From Squalus acanthias (lineage: Eukaryota): a stretch of DNA of 64,000 nucleotides. Each line of letters opens with the position of its first letter. Within the stretch, counting starts at the first letter, position 1. Positions 37,238 through 50,157 of the stretch are shown in pieces. A model generated the notes under the pieces. That model had not been told where the DNA came from. It searched no databases and saw only the letters and a program-made list of their open reading frames with translations. Both the position numbers and the translations under genes were made by a program. Location: contig CM059431.1 of the NCBI GenBank assembly GCA_030390025.1, positions 135,472,001 through 135,536,000 of the forward strand, written 5' to 3'.

Positions 37238-40205
37238 TAAAAAAATTTGTTTATCGGATGTGGGCATCGCTGGGAAGGCCAGCATTTATTGCCCATCCCT
37301 AATTGCCCTTGAGAAGGTGGTGGTGAGCCACCTTCTTGAACTGCTGCAGTCCGTGTGGTGAAGGTACTCCCACAGTGCTGTTAGGTAGGGAGTTCCAGGA
37401 TTTTGACCCAGCGATGATGAAGGATCGGCGATATACTTCTAAGTCAGGATGGTGTGTGACTTGGAGGGGAACTTGGAGGTGATGGTGTTCCCATGTGCCT
37501 GCTGCCCTTGTCCTTCTAGGTGGAAGAGGTCGTGGGTTTGGGAGGTGCTGCCGAAGAAGCCTTGGCGAGTTGCTGCAGTGCATCTTGTAGATGGTACACA
37601 CTGCAGCCACGGTACACCGGTGGTGGAGGGAGTGAATGTTTAAGGTGGTGCCAATCAAGCGGGCTGCTTTGTCCTGGATGGTGTCGAGCTTCTTGAGTGT
37701 TGTTGGAGCTGGACTCATCCAGGCAGTGGAGAGTATTCCATCACACTCCTTACTTGTGCCTTGTAGATGGTAGAAAGGCTTTGGGGAGTCAGGAGGTGAG
37801 ACACTCAATGCAGAATACCTAGCCTCTGACCTGCTCTTGTTGCCACAGTATTTCTGTGGCTGGTCCAGTTAAGTTTCTGGTCAATGGTGACCCCCAGGAT
37901 GTTAATGGTGGGGGACTCGGCAATGGTAATGCTATTGAATGTCAAGGGGTGGTGGTTAGACTCTCGCTTGTTGGAGATAGTCATTGCCTGGCACTTCTGT
38001 GGCGCGAATGTTACCTGCCACTTATCAGCCCAAGCCTGAACGTCGTCCAGGTCTTGTTGCATGCGGGCATGGACTGCTTCATTATCTGAGGAGTTGTGAA
38101 TGGCACTGAACACTGTGCAGTCATCAGCGAACATCCCCATTTCTGACCTTATGTTGGAGGGAAGGTCATTGATGAAGCAGCTGAAGATGGTTGGGCCAAG
38201 GACACTGCCCTGAGGAACTCCTGCAGCGATGTCCTGGGGCTGTGATGATTGACCTTCAATTACCACAACCATCTTCCTTTGTGCTAGGTGTGACTCCAGC
38301 CAGTGGAGAGTTTTTCCCCCGATTCCCATTGACTTCAGTTTTACCAGGGCTCCTTGATGCCACACTTGGTCAAATGCTGCCTTGATGTCAAGGGCAGTCA
38401 CTCTCACCTCACCTCTGGAATTCAGCTCCTTTGTCCATGTTTGGACCAAGGCTGTAATGAGGTCAGGAGCCGAGTGGTCTCGGCGGAACCCAAACTGGGC
38501 ATCAGTGAGCAGGTTATTGGTGAGTAAGTGCCGCTTGATAGCACTGTCGATGACACCTTCCATCACTTTGCTGATGATTGAGAGTAGACTGATGGGGCAG
38601 TAATTGGCTGGCTTGGATTTGTCCTGCTTTTTGTGGACAGGACATACCTGGGCAGTTTTCCACATTGTCGGATAGATGCCAGTGTTGTCGCTGTAATGGA
38701 ACAGCTTGGCTAGAGGCGCGGCTAGTTCTGGAGCAGAAGTCTTCAGCACGATAGCCGGGATGTTGTCAGGGCCCATAGCCTTTATTGTATCCAGTGCGCT
38801 CAGCCGTTTCTTGATATCACGTGGAGTGAATCGAATTGGCTGAAGACTGGCTTCTGTGATGGTGGGGACCTCAAGAGGAGGCCGATATGGATCATCCACT
38901 CGGCACTTCTGGCTGAAGATGGTTGCAAATGCTTCAGCCTTGTCTTTTGAACTCACGTGCTGGGCTCCACCATCATTGAGGATGGGGATATTCATCGAGC
39001 CTCCTCCTCCCGTTAGTTGTTTAATGATCCACCACCATTCACGACTGGATGTGGCAGGACTGCAGAGCTTTGATCTGATCCGTTGATTGTGGGATCACTT
39101 AGCCCTGTCTATAGCATGCTGCTTCTGCTTTTTAGCATGCATGTAGTCCTGTGTTGCAGCTTCCCCAGGTTGGCACTTCATTTTTAGGTATGCCTGGTGC
39201 TGCTCCTGGCATGCTCTTCTACACTCCTTATTGAACCAGGGTTGGTCCCCTGTCTTGATGGTAATGGCAGAGTGAGGGATATGCCGGGCCATGAGGTTAC
39301 AGATTGTGGTGGAATACAATTCTGTTGCTTTTGACGGCCCACAGCGCTTCATGGATGCCCGGTTTTGAGCTGCTAGATCTGTTCTGTATCTATCCCATTT
39401 AGCACGGTGGTAGTGCCACAAAACACGATGGAGGGTGTCCTCATTGTGAAGACGGGACTTCGTCTCCACAATGACTGTGCAGTAGTCACTGCTACCAATA
39501 CTGTCATGGACAGATGCATCTGCGACAGGTAGATTGGTGAGGAAGAGGTCAAGTAGCTTTTTCCCTCGTGTTGGTTCTCTCACCACCTGTCACAGGCCCA
39601 GACTGGCTTTTATGTCCTTCAGGACTCGGCCTGCTCAGTCAGTAGTGGTGTTACCGTGCCACTCTTGGTGATGGACATTGAAGTCCCCCACCCAGAGTAC
39701 ATTCTGTACCCTTGCTACTCTCAGTGCTTCCTCCAAGTGTTGTTCAATATGGAGGAGTACTGATTCATCAGCTGAGGGAGGGCAGTAGGTGGTAATCAGC
39801 AGGAGGTTTCCTTGCCCATGCTTGACCTGAAGCCATGAGACTTCATGGGCTCCAGAGTCAATGTTGAGGACTCCCAAGGCCACTCCTTCCTGACTGTATA
39901 CCACTGTGCCGCCACCCCTGGTGGGTCTGTGCTGTCGGTGGGACAGGACAAACCCAGGGATGGTGCTGGAGGAGTTTGGGACGTTGGCTGAAAGGTATGA
40001 TTCTGTGAGTATGACTATGCCAGGCTGTTGCTTGACTAGTGTGTGAGACAGCTCTCCCAATTTTGGCACAGATGTTGGTGAGGAGGACTTTGCAGGGTTG
40101 ACTGGGCTGGGTGTGCCATTGCCGTGTCCATAGCCAGTGCCGAGGTCGATGCCGGGTGGTCCGTCCGGTTTCTTTCTTATTATTTTGTTTCGTCGCGGTT
40201 TGTTA
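37238..40205 (-). mobile_element. APE-RT LINE of the CR1/L2 group (exact clade uncertain), decayed ORF2
   Basis: EN part (VILTESYL, RGGG, GDFN; 39635..40234 and 39095..39586); RT 37805..38995 (QFGFR, LDIKAAFD, PQGSVLGP, FADD); C-terminus SWNSLP. Confidence 0.88.
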
Positions 40206-40773
40206 CAACTGAGTGGCGTCCTGATGCAGATCACTGGATTGAGGCCTCAAGGTCAGGCTGGGACGTCAGCCAGCAAAATAATTTGCATTTCAAATTAGAT
40301 TCCTGATTGAAACAACCTTTTTGAGCAACCTTTGGTTTAACATCTGCAAAGCGGCATCCTCTAAAAGTAATAGTTATTCTCATCCTCCTTTCTGCCATAC
40401 TCAAGTGGTAACAGGATAACCTAAACTTGGAAAAGGTGCAGCTATTGCTCACCTTTAATGCTGCTGACTCACCAGGTATCCTGCCCTGTGACCAAGGTAC
40501 ACTCCCTGAGTAACAGTCAACCTGCAGAGGACACATAAGGAAATTAATAAAATGAGTTGCCCTTGCAAAATGATACAAAGTCAACTATGCAAGTGATGTG
40601 TGAACTGTGCATACAATACGCAGCAGTCCCACTGGTACTGCGACAGGACTGCCTGCTTGGTCCCATTTGTACAACTTTTTCAGGAAACACAGGTAATTGA
40701 GAGGTGTGCAGATTGTTGGCTGGATATTAAAATGGTCAAAGAAGCAGAAATACACAGAGAAAAAAAGAAAGAC

Positions 40774-41076
40774 TTGCATTTATATATCACAAGCTCAGAA
40801 CATCCCAAAGCACATTATAACCAATTAAGTGAAGTGTAGTCATTGTAGTCACACATGGCACAACAAGTTTGCACACAGCAAAGTCCCACATACAGCACTG
40901 AGATAATGACCTGATAATCTGTTTTAATGATGTAGGTTGAGGGATAAATATTGGCCAGGACACCCTTGTTCTTCCTCCAATACTGCCATGGGATCTTTTA
41001 CGTCCACCAGAGAACGCAGACGGAGCCTCGATTTACTATCTCATCCGAAAGACGGTATCTCCGATAGTGCAGCACT
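40774..41076 (-). mobile_element. DeuSINE-type SINE (SacSINE1/AmnSINE1-like core), 5'-truncated
   Basis: Minus strand agtgctgcactatcggaga.accgtctttcggatgaga..aaatcgaggc.ccgtctgc..gtggacgtaaaagatcccatggca matches the Deu-domain as I recall it. L2-type tail gctttgggatg..tatataaatgcaag. Confidence 0.75.
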
Positions 41077-41177
41077 AGCTGTGGAACATTCTGGATAGTT
41101 ACATCTTGGCGAGTTAAGGGTTAATAATCGAGCTTCTTTGCATCTTAGAGCAACTGGCTTTCCAAGATAAACAGGAT

Positions 41178-43338
41178 GGCCTAGAAATCCGTGGCTGCCA
41201 CAGCTGCTGCCGGTGCCACTGGGGACATGGGTTAACGGGCGCTGAAAATGGTGGCGCTATCAGGACTGAAAAATTGGTGCTGGGGACTAATTATCATCAG
41301 CCCAGTGCTAAACTCACAGTATCACGCTGTCCTGCAGTTGTTCGTCCTGGCATCAGGCTCCAACGTGGTATGCCCAAGCGGTGTTGCTGCTTCAACAGCC
41401 TCTGAAAGCGAGGCTGTGATTTTGCAAATCATTGTGGGATCTTAAAAGGGCAATGCATTGTTGTTTTCTTAAAAGGGTAATGCCTTCTGAAATGATAAAA
41501 ATGATGTAAAAATATGCAGTTTTTAGCCCTTACAGCTCAACTACCTCCTGAAAAAAAATTAACATTAAAAAGAATTCCCAAATGGGAGTCTTCAGCTCTT
41601 AAAGCTGAATTGCCTTCCGCACCTGAAAATATGGAAAAAGTGCTTCAGCTCCAACACAAATGGCTCAGCAAGCCAGGGAAGGGACACCCAGGGTCTCGCA
41701 CGCAGCACTCCAATTTTATGCAGGGGGTCAACACTGCAAGAGAGGTCATCTACCCACAGGGGCCAGGAGGCCCTCCAGAAAGAACGATGTGGAACCACAT
41801 CACCGAGGCCGTCACTGCCAGCAGTGTCGCCCCACCACCAGGCTCCAGTGCCCAAAGAAGTTTTATGACCTCAGACCACTGGTCAAGCTCAGTGAATGCA
41901 TCTTCAAAAGCCGTCTCCTACCAATTGCACCACTAGCCTCACACACTGCTCAATGCACGACTCCTCCCCCCATCATTCACCTACCAACGATCTGTACCAA
42001 ACATGAGGCATACATCCCATTCCTAGCCTCACCTCACCCCCTTGGAGTGAAGCTGTTGGCCATTCTTGGCAGGGCCTGGCTGAGCCCTTGGCCAGTGACA
42101 GGGCTGAAAGGATACAAGATGCTGGTATCCTCTTACATTATCCTCCTTCTCGCATGCACCATTTGCTTTCCCGCCCTCCCTTCACCACAACTCCATCCTT
42201 CTGCCTTCCTCATTTCACACACCCAAGAAATGCAGCCTGCCCAGCCAGTGGTTGACCAAGAAGAGGGAGAGGAGAGTGAAGAAGAAGAAGAAAGACCGTC
42301 ACGTGATTTGACACACCCAGCTACCAACCCCTCAAGGTCAACCAGCAAGGCCATTTGCAGTGTCCCCCACTGAAAGTCAGCAGCCTTCCACCAGCCATGC
42401 TGCAGCCACAGGGATAGCACTGCATGACATCAGTAGGATAGGTAAAGGCACACACAAGACAGTCACTAAGGGGATGCATAAGGGTGATGAGTTGATTTCT
42501 TGATGTCATATTGGATAGAAAGATGTATAAAGTTAGATTGGAAAGTTTGCTTTATGGTGGCTTTTATTTCAGCATTGTGGCCAAGAGGACGCTGTGATGG
42601 TCAGTAACAGAGGGAAGGTAAGATGTGGGGCTAATGTTGAAAGGGGAATTGGGGTTGCAGTTGGGTGATTCCATCCCAGATATCCCGGCCAGAACGGGGC
42701 TGTCTGTGTTGCATCCTTCCTTCTGCTTCCTCCTCTTCTGCTTCTTCCTCTTCTACATCTGCATCTTCCTCTTCCCTCTACGAGCGGATGCTGTAAATCT
42801 GAAATAAAAGCATAAAATGCTCAAAATACTCAGCAGCATCTCGACCAGAGACATGAACTCTGTTTCTCTCTCCATGGATGTTGCCTGACCTGCTGAGTAT
42901 TTCCAGCATTTTCCTTTACCATCCGAGGCCTTGCAAGCATCCAACAGCACATGTATTGCACCAAGCCACTACTTAAATAAAATAAAAATTTCCAGTCCAA
43001 AATATTAAATGCAAACCTGCCTGAAAGATGTGTGTGTCCCTTTAAGAGGTGCTGACAGCACCTGTCAGTCTGCTGAATGTTGGATTTTCATGGCGAGTTT
43101 AGGACCCAGTGCTGAACTCAATGCTAACGTCGAAGTTTGCTGAGGCGGTGTTAAGCTGGCGTTACTCTCTCTTAATGTACATTTCCAGTGCCAGCGCTGC
43201 TATCGGCAACGCTAAAGCCCTCGCCAGAATGGCGGTCACCAAGTCCTGTGTGTCAGACGGGCGCTAGAGTGGCGGCTGCCATTTTTAGACAGGTTCGCGG
43301 GGAAAACTCGTGGCGGTAAGTGGGCCAATTTCTAGGCA
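41178..43338. mobile_element. Non-autonomous Harbinger derivative
   Basis: TIRs ggcctagaaat and atttctaggca; TSD gat/gat; Myb exon MAQQAREGTPRVS..QCPKKFYDL at 41660-41890; internally deleted later exons. Confidence 0.8.
42783..42913. mobile_element. Decayed Penelope-like pLTR fold-back (family B), hammerhead lost
   Basis: gcggatgctg.aaatctgaaataaaa..tactcagcag followed by inverted ctctgtttctctctcca..cctgctgagtatttccagcatttt. Confidence 0.75.
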
Positions 43339-43725
43339 GATGTCTTTGAAGTGCTATGAGTGAAAGGCTTGGCTTGTCTTCTGCTTTTAATGTCTGAGTG
43401 TTATATGCAAGAAATGTTTGTGCAAGGAAATAAGTGACAGTAATGCCGTTAACCATGAGTGATTAAGGTATAACTTTAGTGGCTAAGGCAATAAATATAG
43501 GTAGAGGGATCCATTAACTATAGTATAGAAAGATAATGGTTAATAAAGTCTATTCTGCAAAGGGTTTCAGTACAGTTAGGTCAGGAAGTCTTGTTTTAGT
43601 GAAGTATCTTTGGAATAAATAAATATAACTGTTTACGTGAACAGATTGTCTTCAAAGGATTTGGGAATAGATACATCATGAGGTCTTATCTGTGACATGT
43701 ACCTTTGATGAAGGCAAAATATGAT

Positions 43726-46430
43726 GTCCTAGAAATTCAGTATCCCGTGTAATGGGCACAGGGATAGCAACCCATGCCTGTTCGGAGGTTACGTGCGACC
43801 TGCTAATTTACATAATTGTAGCATTCAGCCGAGCGCAGAATGCGCTGCTGAGTGGCTGAGAGCTCAGTAGGGGCACAAATTCGTGCGAGGCTAGCTCCAA
43901 TTAAAGCTAGCCTCCACATCTTAAAGACAGTCTGCACCTCTTAAAGGGGAGGTGCCTTCTGCCTGCATGAGGTACTGGAACTGGTTGTGGTGGCAAGTGC
44001 TATAAAGAAGAAAACTGAGTAATGGCTCAACAGGACAGATAAAGGACTCGAAGGTTCTCGGTTTCAGCACTGGAGGCCTTGATCTAGGTGGTCAACTCCA
44101 GGAAAGAGGTTCTCTTCTCCCAGGGGGCCAGGAGCCCCTCCAGGCAACAGACAAGACTGCAGTGGGAGCAGATAGCCAATGTGGTCAATGCCAGCAGTAT
44201 AGCCGCGAGGACCTGGACTCAGTGCAGGAAGAAGTTTAATGACCTCACATGAGTGGTGAACGTCGGTGAATTCATTTTCAAATGCCATATCCCACCAACT
44301 GCACCACTAGCCTCACACACTGCTCAATGCACCATACCCCCATCACTCACCTACCAACAATCTCTACCAAACACGACTCATACCTTGCATTCATAGTTTC
44401 ACCTTATCCACATACACTTACCACTGCTGCAAGCCTCATACCCACATCTCACAGCTTGAACACACTGTAAGCTATTCAACCATGACAGGCACATCACCCA
44501 AACACATTACACCACACTCACTGACACAGTTCCCTTTCTCTTCCAGGAAAAAGTTGTGCATAATAGACACCAGCCGACCTTAACCGGAGGAGGACAGGCT
44601 CGCCTCACCCACTTGGAGCAGACGGTGCTGGCCATTCTTGGTCGAGGCATGGCTGAGCACATGGCCAGCAGTGGGGCTTAATGAATGGAAGATGCCACTA
44701 TCCTCATACATTATCCTCCTTCTCACATCCCACTTCCCCCTCATTCCATAATCCCTTCAGATTTACAATCTGCACATGGTGTAAGCATGCACATCTTGCT
44801 TTTCCCCCCTCCCCTTACCACAACCATACCCTTGTGCCTTTCTCATTTCAGACACCCAAGATATCCAGTTTGCCCAGCCAGTGGTTCAACATGAAGAGGG
44901 TGAAGAGAATGAAGAAGAAGAAGAAGATGAAACACCATCACTCGATTTCACACTCCCAACCACCAGCACAGATACTGACACTCCTCGTACTTTAGAGGAT
45001 AGGTTAGACGCGGGATCTGCATGTGGTGAGACACCGGGCATGAGTGGCTTACAACCTGGGCAGGGGGAAAGGGTAGCTCAGGTGGCAACTCCCTGGAGAG
45101 AGAGGTTGCACACGGGTTCTGCTGCACAGGACTCAGATGAAGACTTTGTTGAGGCAGCCTAGAGAAGAACTCTGATGGGTACGCACAATGAAATGCTTGG
45201 TGCATTGGCAGGCCTGCCAGAAAGCCTGAATGCAATGTCAAGGAGCCTGGAGGAGTCCAGCTCTAGCCTTGCACAGGGCTTTGGGGAGAGCTTGGCGCCC
45301 ACCCTTTCCAGCATGGAAGGGCTGGGCAGATTTATCAACACATTTGTGCACCCAACCATCATGCCATTTCTGCTGGCCGAAGTCTCAGCTGCCATTCCAG
45401 CACGAGCACAAGCCACCCAACGTCTGAGTGCTGAAATCGAAGCTCACACTGAAGTCATGCAAGCTCAGACTGCTGCCATCATGGCTGGGTTTACCAGTGT
45501 TGAAAGGTGCTAGCAGGGTGTCACAGCAGGCCAGCAATCTGTCGTCCAACAGATTACTAGGATTGCTGAGGTGCTGCCCCGGGGGAGTGGCAGTAGCTTC
45601 GTGGTGCACGAACCTGCTGTCCTCTCTCAGGATGACAACATTCGTCCTCCCAGCACTGCCACTCCACCAGTGTTGCCTGTCAGCCAGCCAGCCTAGACTG
45701 CTGCCGCCCATGCCAAGGTGGTGCAGTCCGAAGCCGGGCCTACTAGGCCTAGAGCTCCTCGAGGTCGTCCTGCAAGGCCATCTGCAGAACATCAACAGCC
45801 TTCCACCAGCCATGCTGCAGCCACTGCGGTAGCACTGTGTAGGAGCACTAGGACAGTCAAAGGCACATGCAAGACAGTCACTAAGGGAATGCACAAGGGT
45901 GATTAGTTGATTTTTTGATGTAATATTGGAAGGATAGATGGATAAAGTTTGATTGGTATGTTTGCTTTGTGGTGGCTTTTATTTCAGCTTTGTCACCAAG
46001 AGGACGCTGTGATGGTCAGTAACAGAGGGAAGGTAAGATGAGGAACTAATGATAAATGGGGAATTGGGGTGGCATTCACTGGTACCGCAGGCAGGTGATT
46101 TGATCCCGGATATCCCGGCCAGAAAGGCGCTGTCTGGGTATCCTCCTTCCTTCCGCTTCCTCCTCCTCTTCCTCCTCCTCCTCCTCCTGAGCTCGTGGCC
46201 GTATCCCTTGTGGCAAGGGCTGTGCCCTCATGATGGTCAAGTTGTCGATGATGCAGCAGACCACCATGAATCAGCACACACGCTCCATTGCTTTAGCACC
46301 CCAATGGTCTGCTCTATGATGTTTTGTGTGGCAGCATGGCTCTCATTGTACACATGCTGGCCACGTGTGGTTGGGTTGTGGAGCAGAGTCATGAGCCAGG
46401 TGGTCAAGCGATAGCCCTTGTCACCCAGGA
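43726..46430. mobile_element. Decayed Harbinger: three-exon Myb gene on + and transposase 3' end on -
   Basis: Left TIR gtcctagaaattc. Exon from 44022 (MAQQDR..RFS..WEQIA..RTWTQCRKKFNDL), exon near 44547 (KVVHNR..TGGG), acidic exon 44851-45905. GDKGYRLTTWLMT..IEQTIGVLKQ on - at 46237-46430. Confidence 0.8.
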
Positions 46431-46698
46431 GGAGGAGGAGGAGGAGGAGAAATAAGTGGAACACGAGGAATAGGAGGAGGAACCTGAGGTGGAGATGGCA
46501 CCAGGAGCGGTGCACATTGCTGTCCGGGATGGCCTCATAATGGCCCGATTTACTTAAGTTGCACCAGTGCATCCATCTAGCTCCTAGATGCTGTACCAAC
46601 TCCCCCCCGCCCCCACCACCACCACAAAGCAGTCCTGAAATGACCAAACCAATCCTGTCAACCAAACACACAATGCTCGAGGTTAAGTAATGTTTCAC

Positions 46699-48913
46699 CA
46701 TTCACCCCAAGTGACGAGGCCACTTCCCAGATAGCAGGGAAAGAGGGACAAGACGGGAAAGTGGTGCAAAGAAATAAATTCATGTGTGTCGGAAATAGAA
46801 CTGAAACTTAGCACTAACATTTTGGTAAATACCTATGTGCATTCTGTTGTGCATCTACGATTGTGTCTGTTTACTTTTCCGAGTGCTTCTATGAGGTGCA
46901 ACCCCTGTGGTTTCAGCAGAGGTAGAGGCAGGCTGCTCACTTCCCTGCTGCGACTACTTCGGCACTTTTGGAGGACCTCCTCTGGGTTTTAAGGCCTGTG
47001 GGGGCCCTGCCAAAGACTGCTCCCCCTGCAACAGTGCAGGGGCAGACTCGGCCATCGGGATCCAAGGCAGCATGTGGGGCTCTGACTGAGGGGGTGGCAA
47101 TGGAGGAGAATTGGGAGCACTTTGAACAGAGCCCCTAATTCCATGCCCCCTCTCACCATCATTCCTCTCATGGATCACCCGTACTTCCCTGCAAGCAAGG
47201 AGCTGGACAGCTCATCAGTTGCACATCAGTGGGGCGATGAACGCCCAAGTCTACATTAGTATCCCTCCTCAAGATGAGGTCAATGAGTGTCGGCAATCTG
47301 TTGTTCACAGCAAGCATGTTCTCGTTGGACTGGCACATTTGCTGCTCCGTGCAGGTGGCCATCCTTTCCATGGAACAGCACATTGTCGCCATCGCCTGCG
47401 AGATGGTGATGCTCATGTTGGAGATGGACTCCTCCATTCTCCCTACAATCACACACATCGCGGCTGGAAAAGCTCCCAGAGCCTCGCACATTTGTTGCTG
47501 CTCCTCCAAGATCACCCTCTTTGCCTATGGCCCCCGAGGTTCAGCATCTGCATCCAGCTGGGCAGAGCTTGGAGCATCCTGTGCCCTCCGACGAGGTCTC
47601 TCCACTGCTGTCCCTGTCTCCACCAGCTGCTCTTGCTCACTTGTGATGTGTGAAACACCAGGTGACAACAGTACTCTATCTCGCACAGGACATACAGAGG
47701 TGTGTGTATCTGCGCTGGTGCTGGGTGCACATGGGTCTGCTGACGGTGCACCCTCAGAGAATGGAGCTTCCTCTGAGGAGTCGCCTTCCTCCTGTGTCTG
47801 GACAGTGGGGGGTGGGGGGGCACTTGATAGACCTGCGAGTGAGTAAATACATGAATTAGACCTGTTTTGATAAGAATGTGTAGCGTTACCATTATGCACA
47901 GGATGATATTTCACTGGCTGCTGACAACAGTCACCTCCTCCTCCTCTGTTGGCATCAAATTTGTATATATTGGAGGGCCACCTCAGGTTCTCTCTCTTTT
48001 TCTCCTGTTCTGCACTCTCTTCTCCTGCAAGGAGGGAAAGAAGAGACTTTGAGTGAGAGTGATGGAATGACTCTCTGTATGGGCTACATCTGTAGAGGGT
48101 GACTATGAGGGAGTGTCATGACATTGCCAAATGGCCTCCTTCTGTGGAGTTACTTTGTAGGATTGCATTAGGATGAGGGTGAGTGTCAGTGGTGGTTAGT
48201 CAGATGGGGATGTGAGTTGGTGCATAGACAGAGAGGGATGGGTGCACCTGCAAGGTAACTTGGTGTGAGCAGTGACATGCAGGAGTAGGCTTGGGAAAGC
48301 AGAGTGATGGGGTTGGGGTGACACGCACATCAGGATGTAGTTGGAAGTGGCATTGTACTCACCTTTCCTGACCTCATTAGATCATTAAATCTCTTCCGGC
48401 ATTCTATCCAGGAGCGACTGACGACATCCCTGCTGCTCACTTCCTGTGCGATCTCCAGCCATGCCCTCTTGGTTTCTCTGGCTGCTCCTTTCCTGCCGGT
48501 GCCAGGGAATAGGACCTCCCTGGGTGCTCTGACTCCCTGGACCAGGACTTCCAGGGAGGCATCTGAGAACCTGGGCGCAGCCTTCTGTCGCTGTGACTCC
48601 ATCCTTGCTTGTACCCACACAAATCTCTTCCAAATATAGCAATAGCCACCTCTCCCAACCACCTGTAAGACTCCTCCAATAACCTTCAACTGGGATGTGT
48701 GCAAGGCTCCTTTAAATATCTGAGCTGAGAGCAAGTCATCGGTGACGTCATCAGACCCGCTCCATTTAATTGGCCAGGAAACCCGCAGGATTGTTTCATT
48801 GATGTAATTGAGTTAAACGTGCAGTGCAGAATGCCCTGTTGAAAAATTCAGGATGGCGACCCGCTACGCAGCCCGCACGCACCTGCCCCGACTCTAAGGT
48901 AAAAATTCCGGCC
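46699..48913 (-). mobile_element. Harbinger derivative of another subfamily, Myb gene on -
   Basis: MESQRQKAAPRFSDASLEVLV..W..IAQEVSS..RSWIECRKRFNDL followed by gtgagt (48363-48602); terminal aaaaattccggcc. Confidence 0.8.
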
Positions 48914-49351
48914 AGAGTATCAGAATTCAGGACAAAGACATACAAGTAGTTGACAGACTGCCGTTAAAATAACAATGTGCAAGAATTTTCTGACCAGCCA
49001 TTTTCAATATAGGGAGAAAAAAAGGAATGAGATGTGTTGAATTGAGCAATGGGCATGTATCTAAGCAACATTTGCCATGTTGTACTCCAGAGAGAAATAT
49101 TCAAGTTGGAGGCATGGACCTAAAATTGCTGGTTCCCACTCTGCCACCAGATGTGTGACAGGATGGGACTCCATCCACCAAATATCCAGGTCAGACAGAG
49201 ATAGTCTGGGAGGGTGGCTCACACCTGCGGAGGTACAACAGAGGTGTCTGCTCCAATTAGTTTCTGGAATATCAGAGCAACACACTGCTGCTCAGAGGGA
49301 GGGAGCACAAGCCCATATTTGGGCCAAAGGGGTAAGTGCCAAAACCCATTA

Positions 49352-50157
49352 TTCACCCCAAGTGACGAGGCCACTTCCCAGGTAGCAGGGAAAGATAGAC
49401 AAGACGGGAAATTATTGCAAAGAAATAAATTCATGTGTGTCAGAAATAGAACTGAAACTTTACACTAGCATTTTGGCAAACACCCATGTGCATACCCTTG
49501 TGCATCTACGATTGTGTCTTTTTTCTTTTCTGAGTGCTTCTATGAGGTGCAACCCCTATGGCTTCAGCAGAGGTAGAGGCAGGCTGCTCATTTCCCTGCT
49601 CTAACTGCTTAGACACTTTTTTTGGATGTCCTCTGGGTTTTAGTGCCTGTGATGTGCATGGAACAGCACATCGTCGTCATTGCCTGCGATATGGTGCTGC
49701 TCATGTTGGAGACGGACTTCTCGATTCTCTGTACAATCGCACACATCATGGCTGGAATAAGTGACAGAGTGTCACACATTTGTTGCTGTTCCTCCAAGAT
49801 CAACCTCTTTGTCGACGGCGCCCGCGGTTCAGCATCTGGATCCAGCTGAGCAGAGCTAGGAGTATCCAATGCCCTCCGGCAAGGGTCTCCACTGCTGTCC
49901 CTGTCTCCATCATCTGCTCTTCCTCACTTTTGATCTGTGAGACACCAGGTGACAACATTACTCTATGTCTCGCTGGACCCACCGACGTGTGCGCATCTGC
50001 GCTGGTGCTGGGTGCGCATGGGTCTGGTGATGTGCACCCTCAGAGAATGGAGCGTCCTCTGAGGAGTCGCTTTCCTCTTCTGGCTGTACAGTGTGGGGGT
50101 GGGGGGGGGGACACTTGATGGACCTGTGAGAGAGTAAAGACCACTTATGATAAGAAT
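49352..50157 (-). mobile_element. Second, internally deleted copy of 46699-47880
   Basis: Shared start ttcacccca.agtgacgaggccacttccca and colinear sequence up to gataagaatg. Confidence 0.85.
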
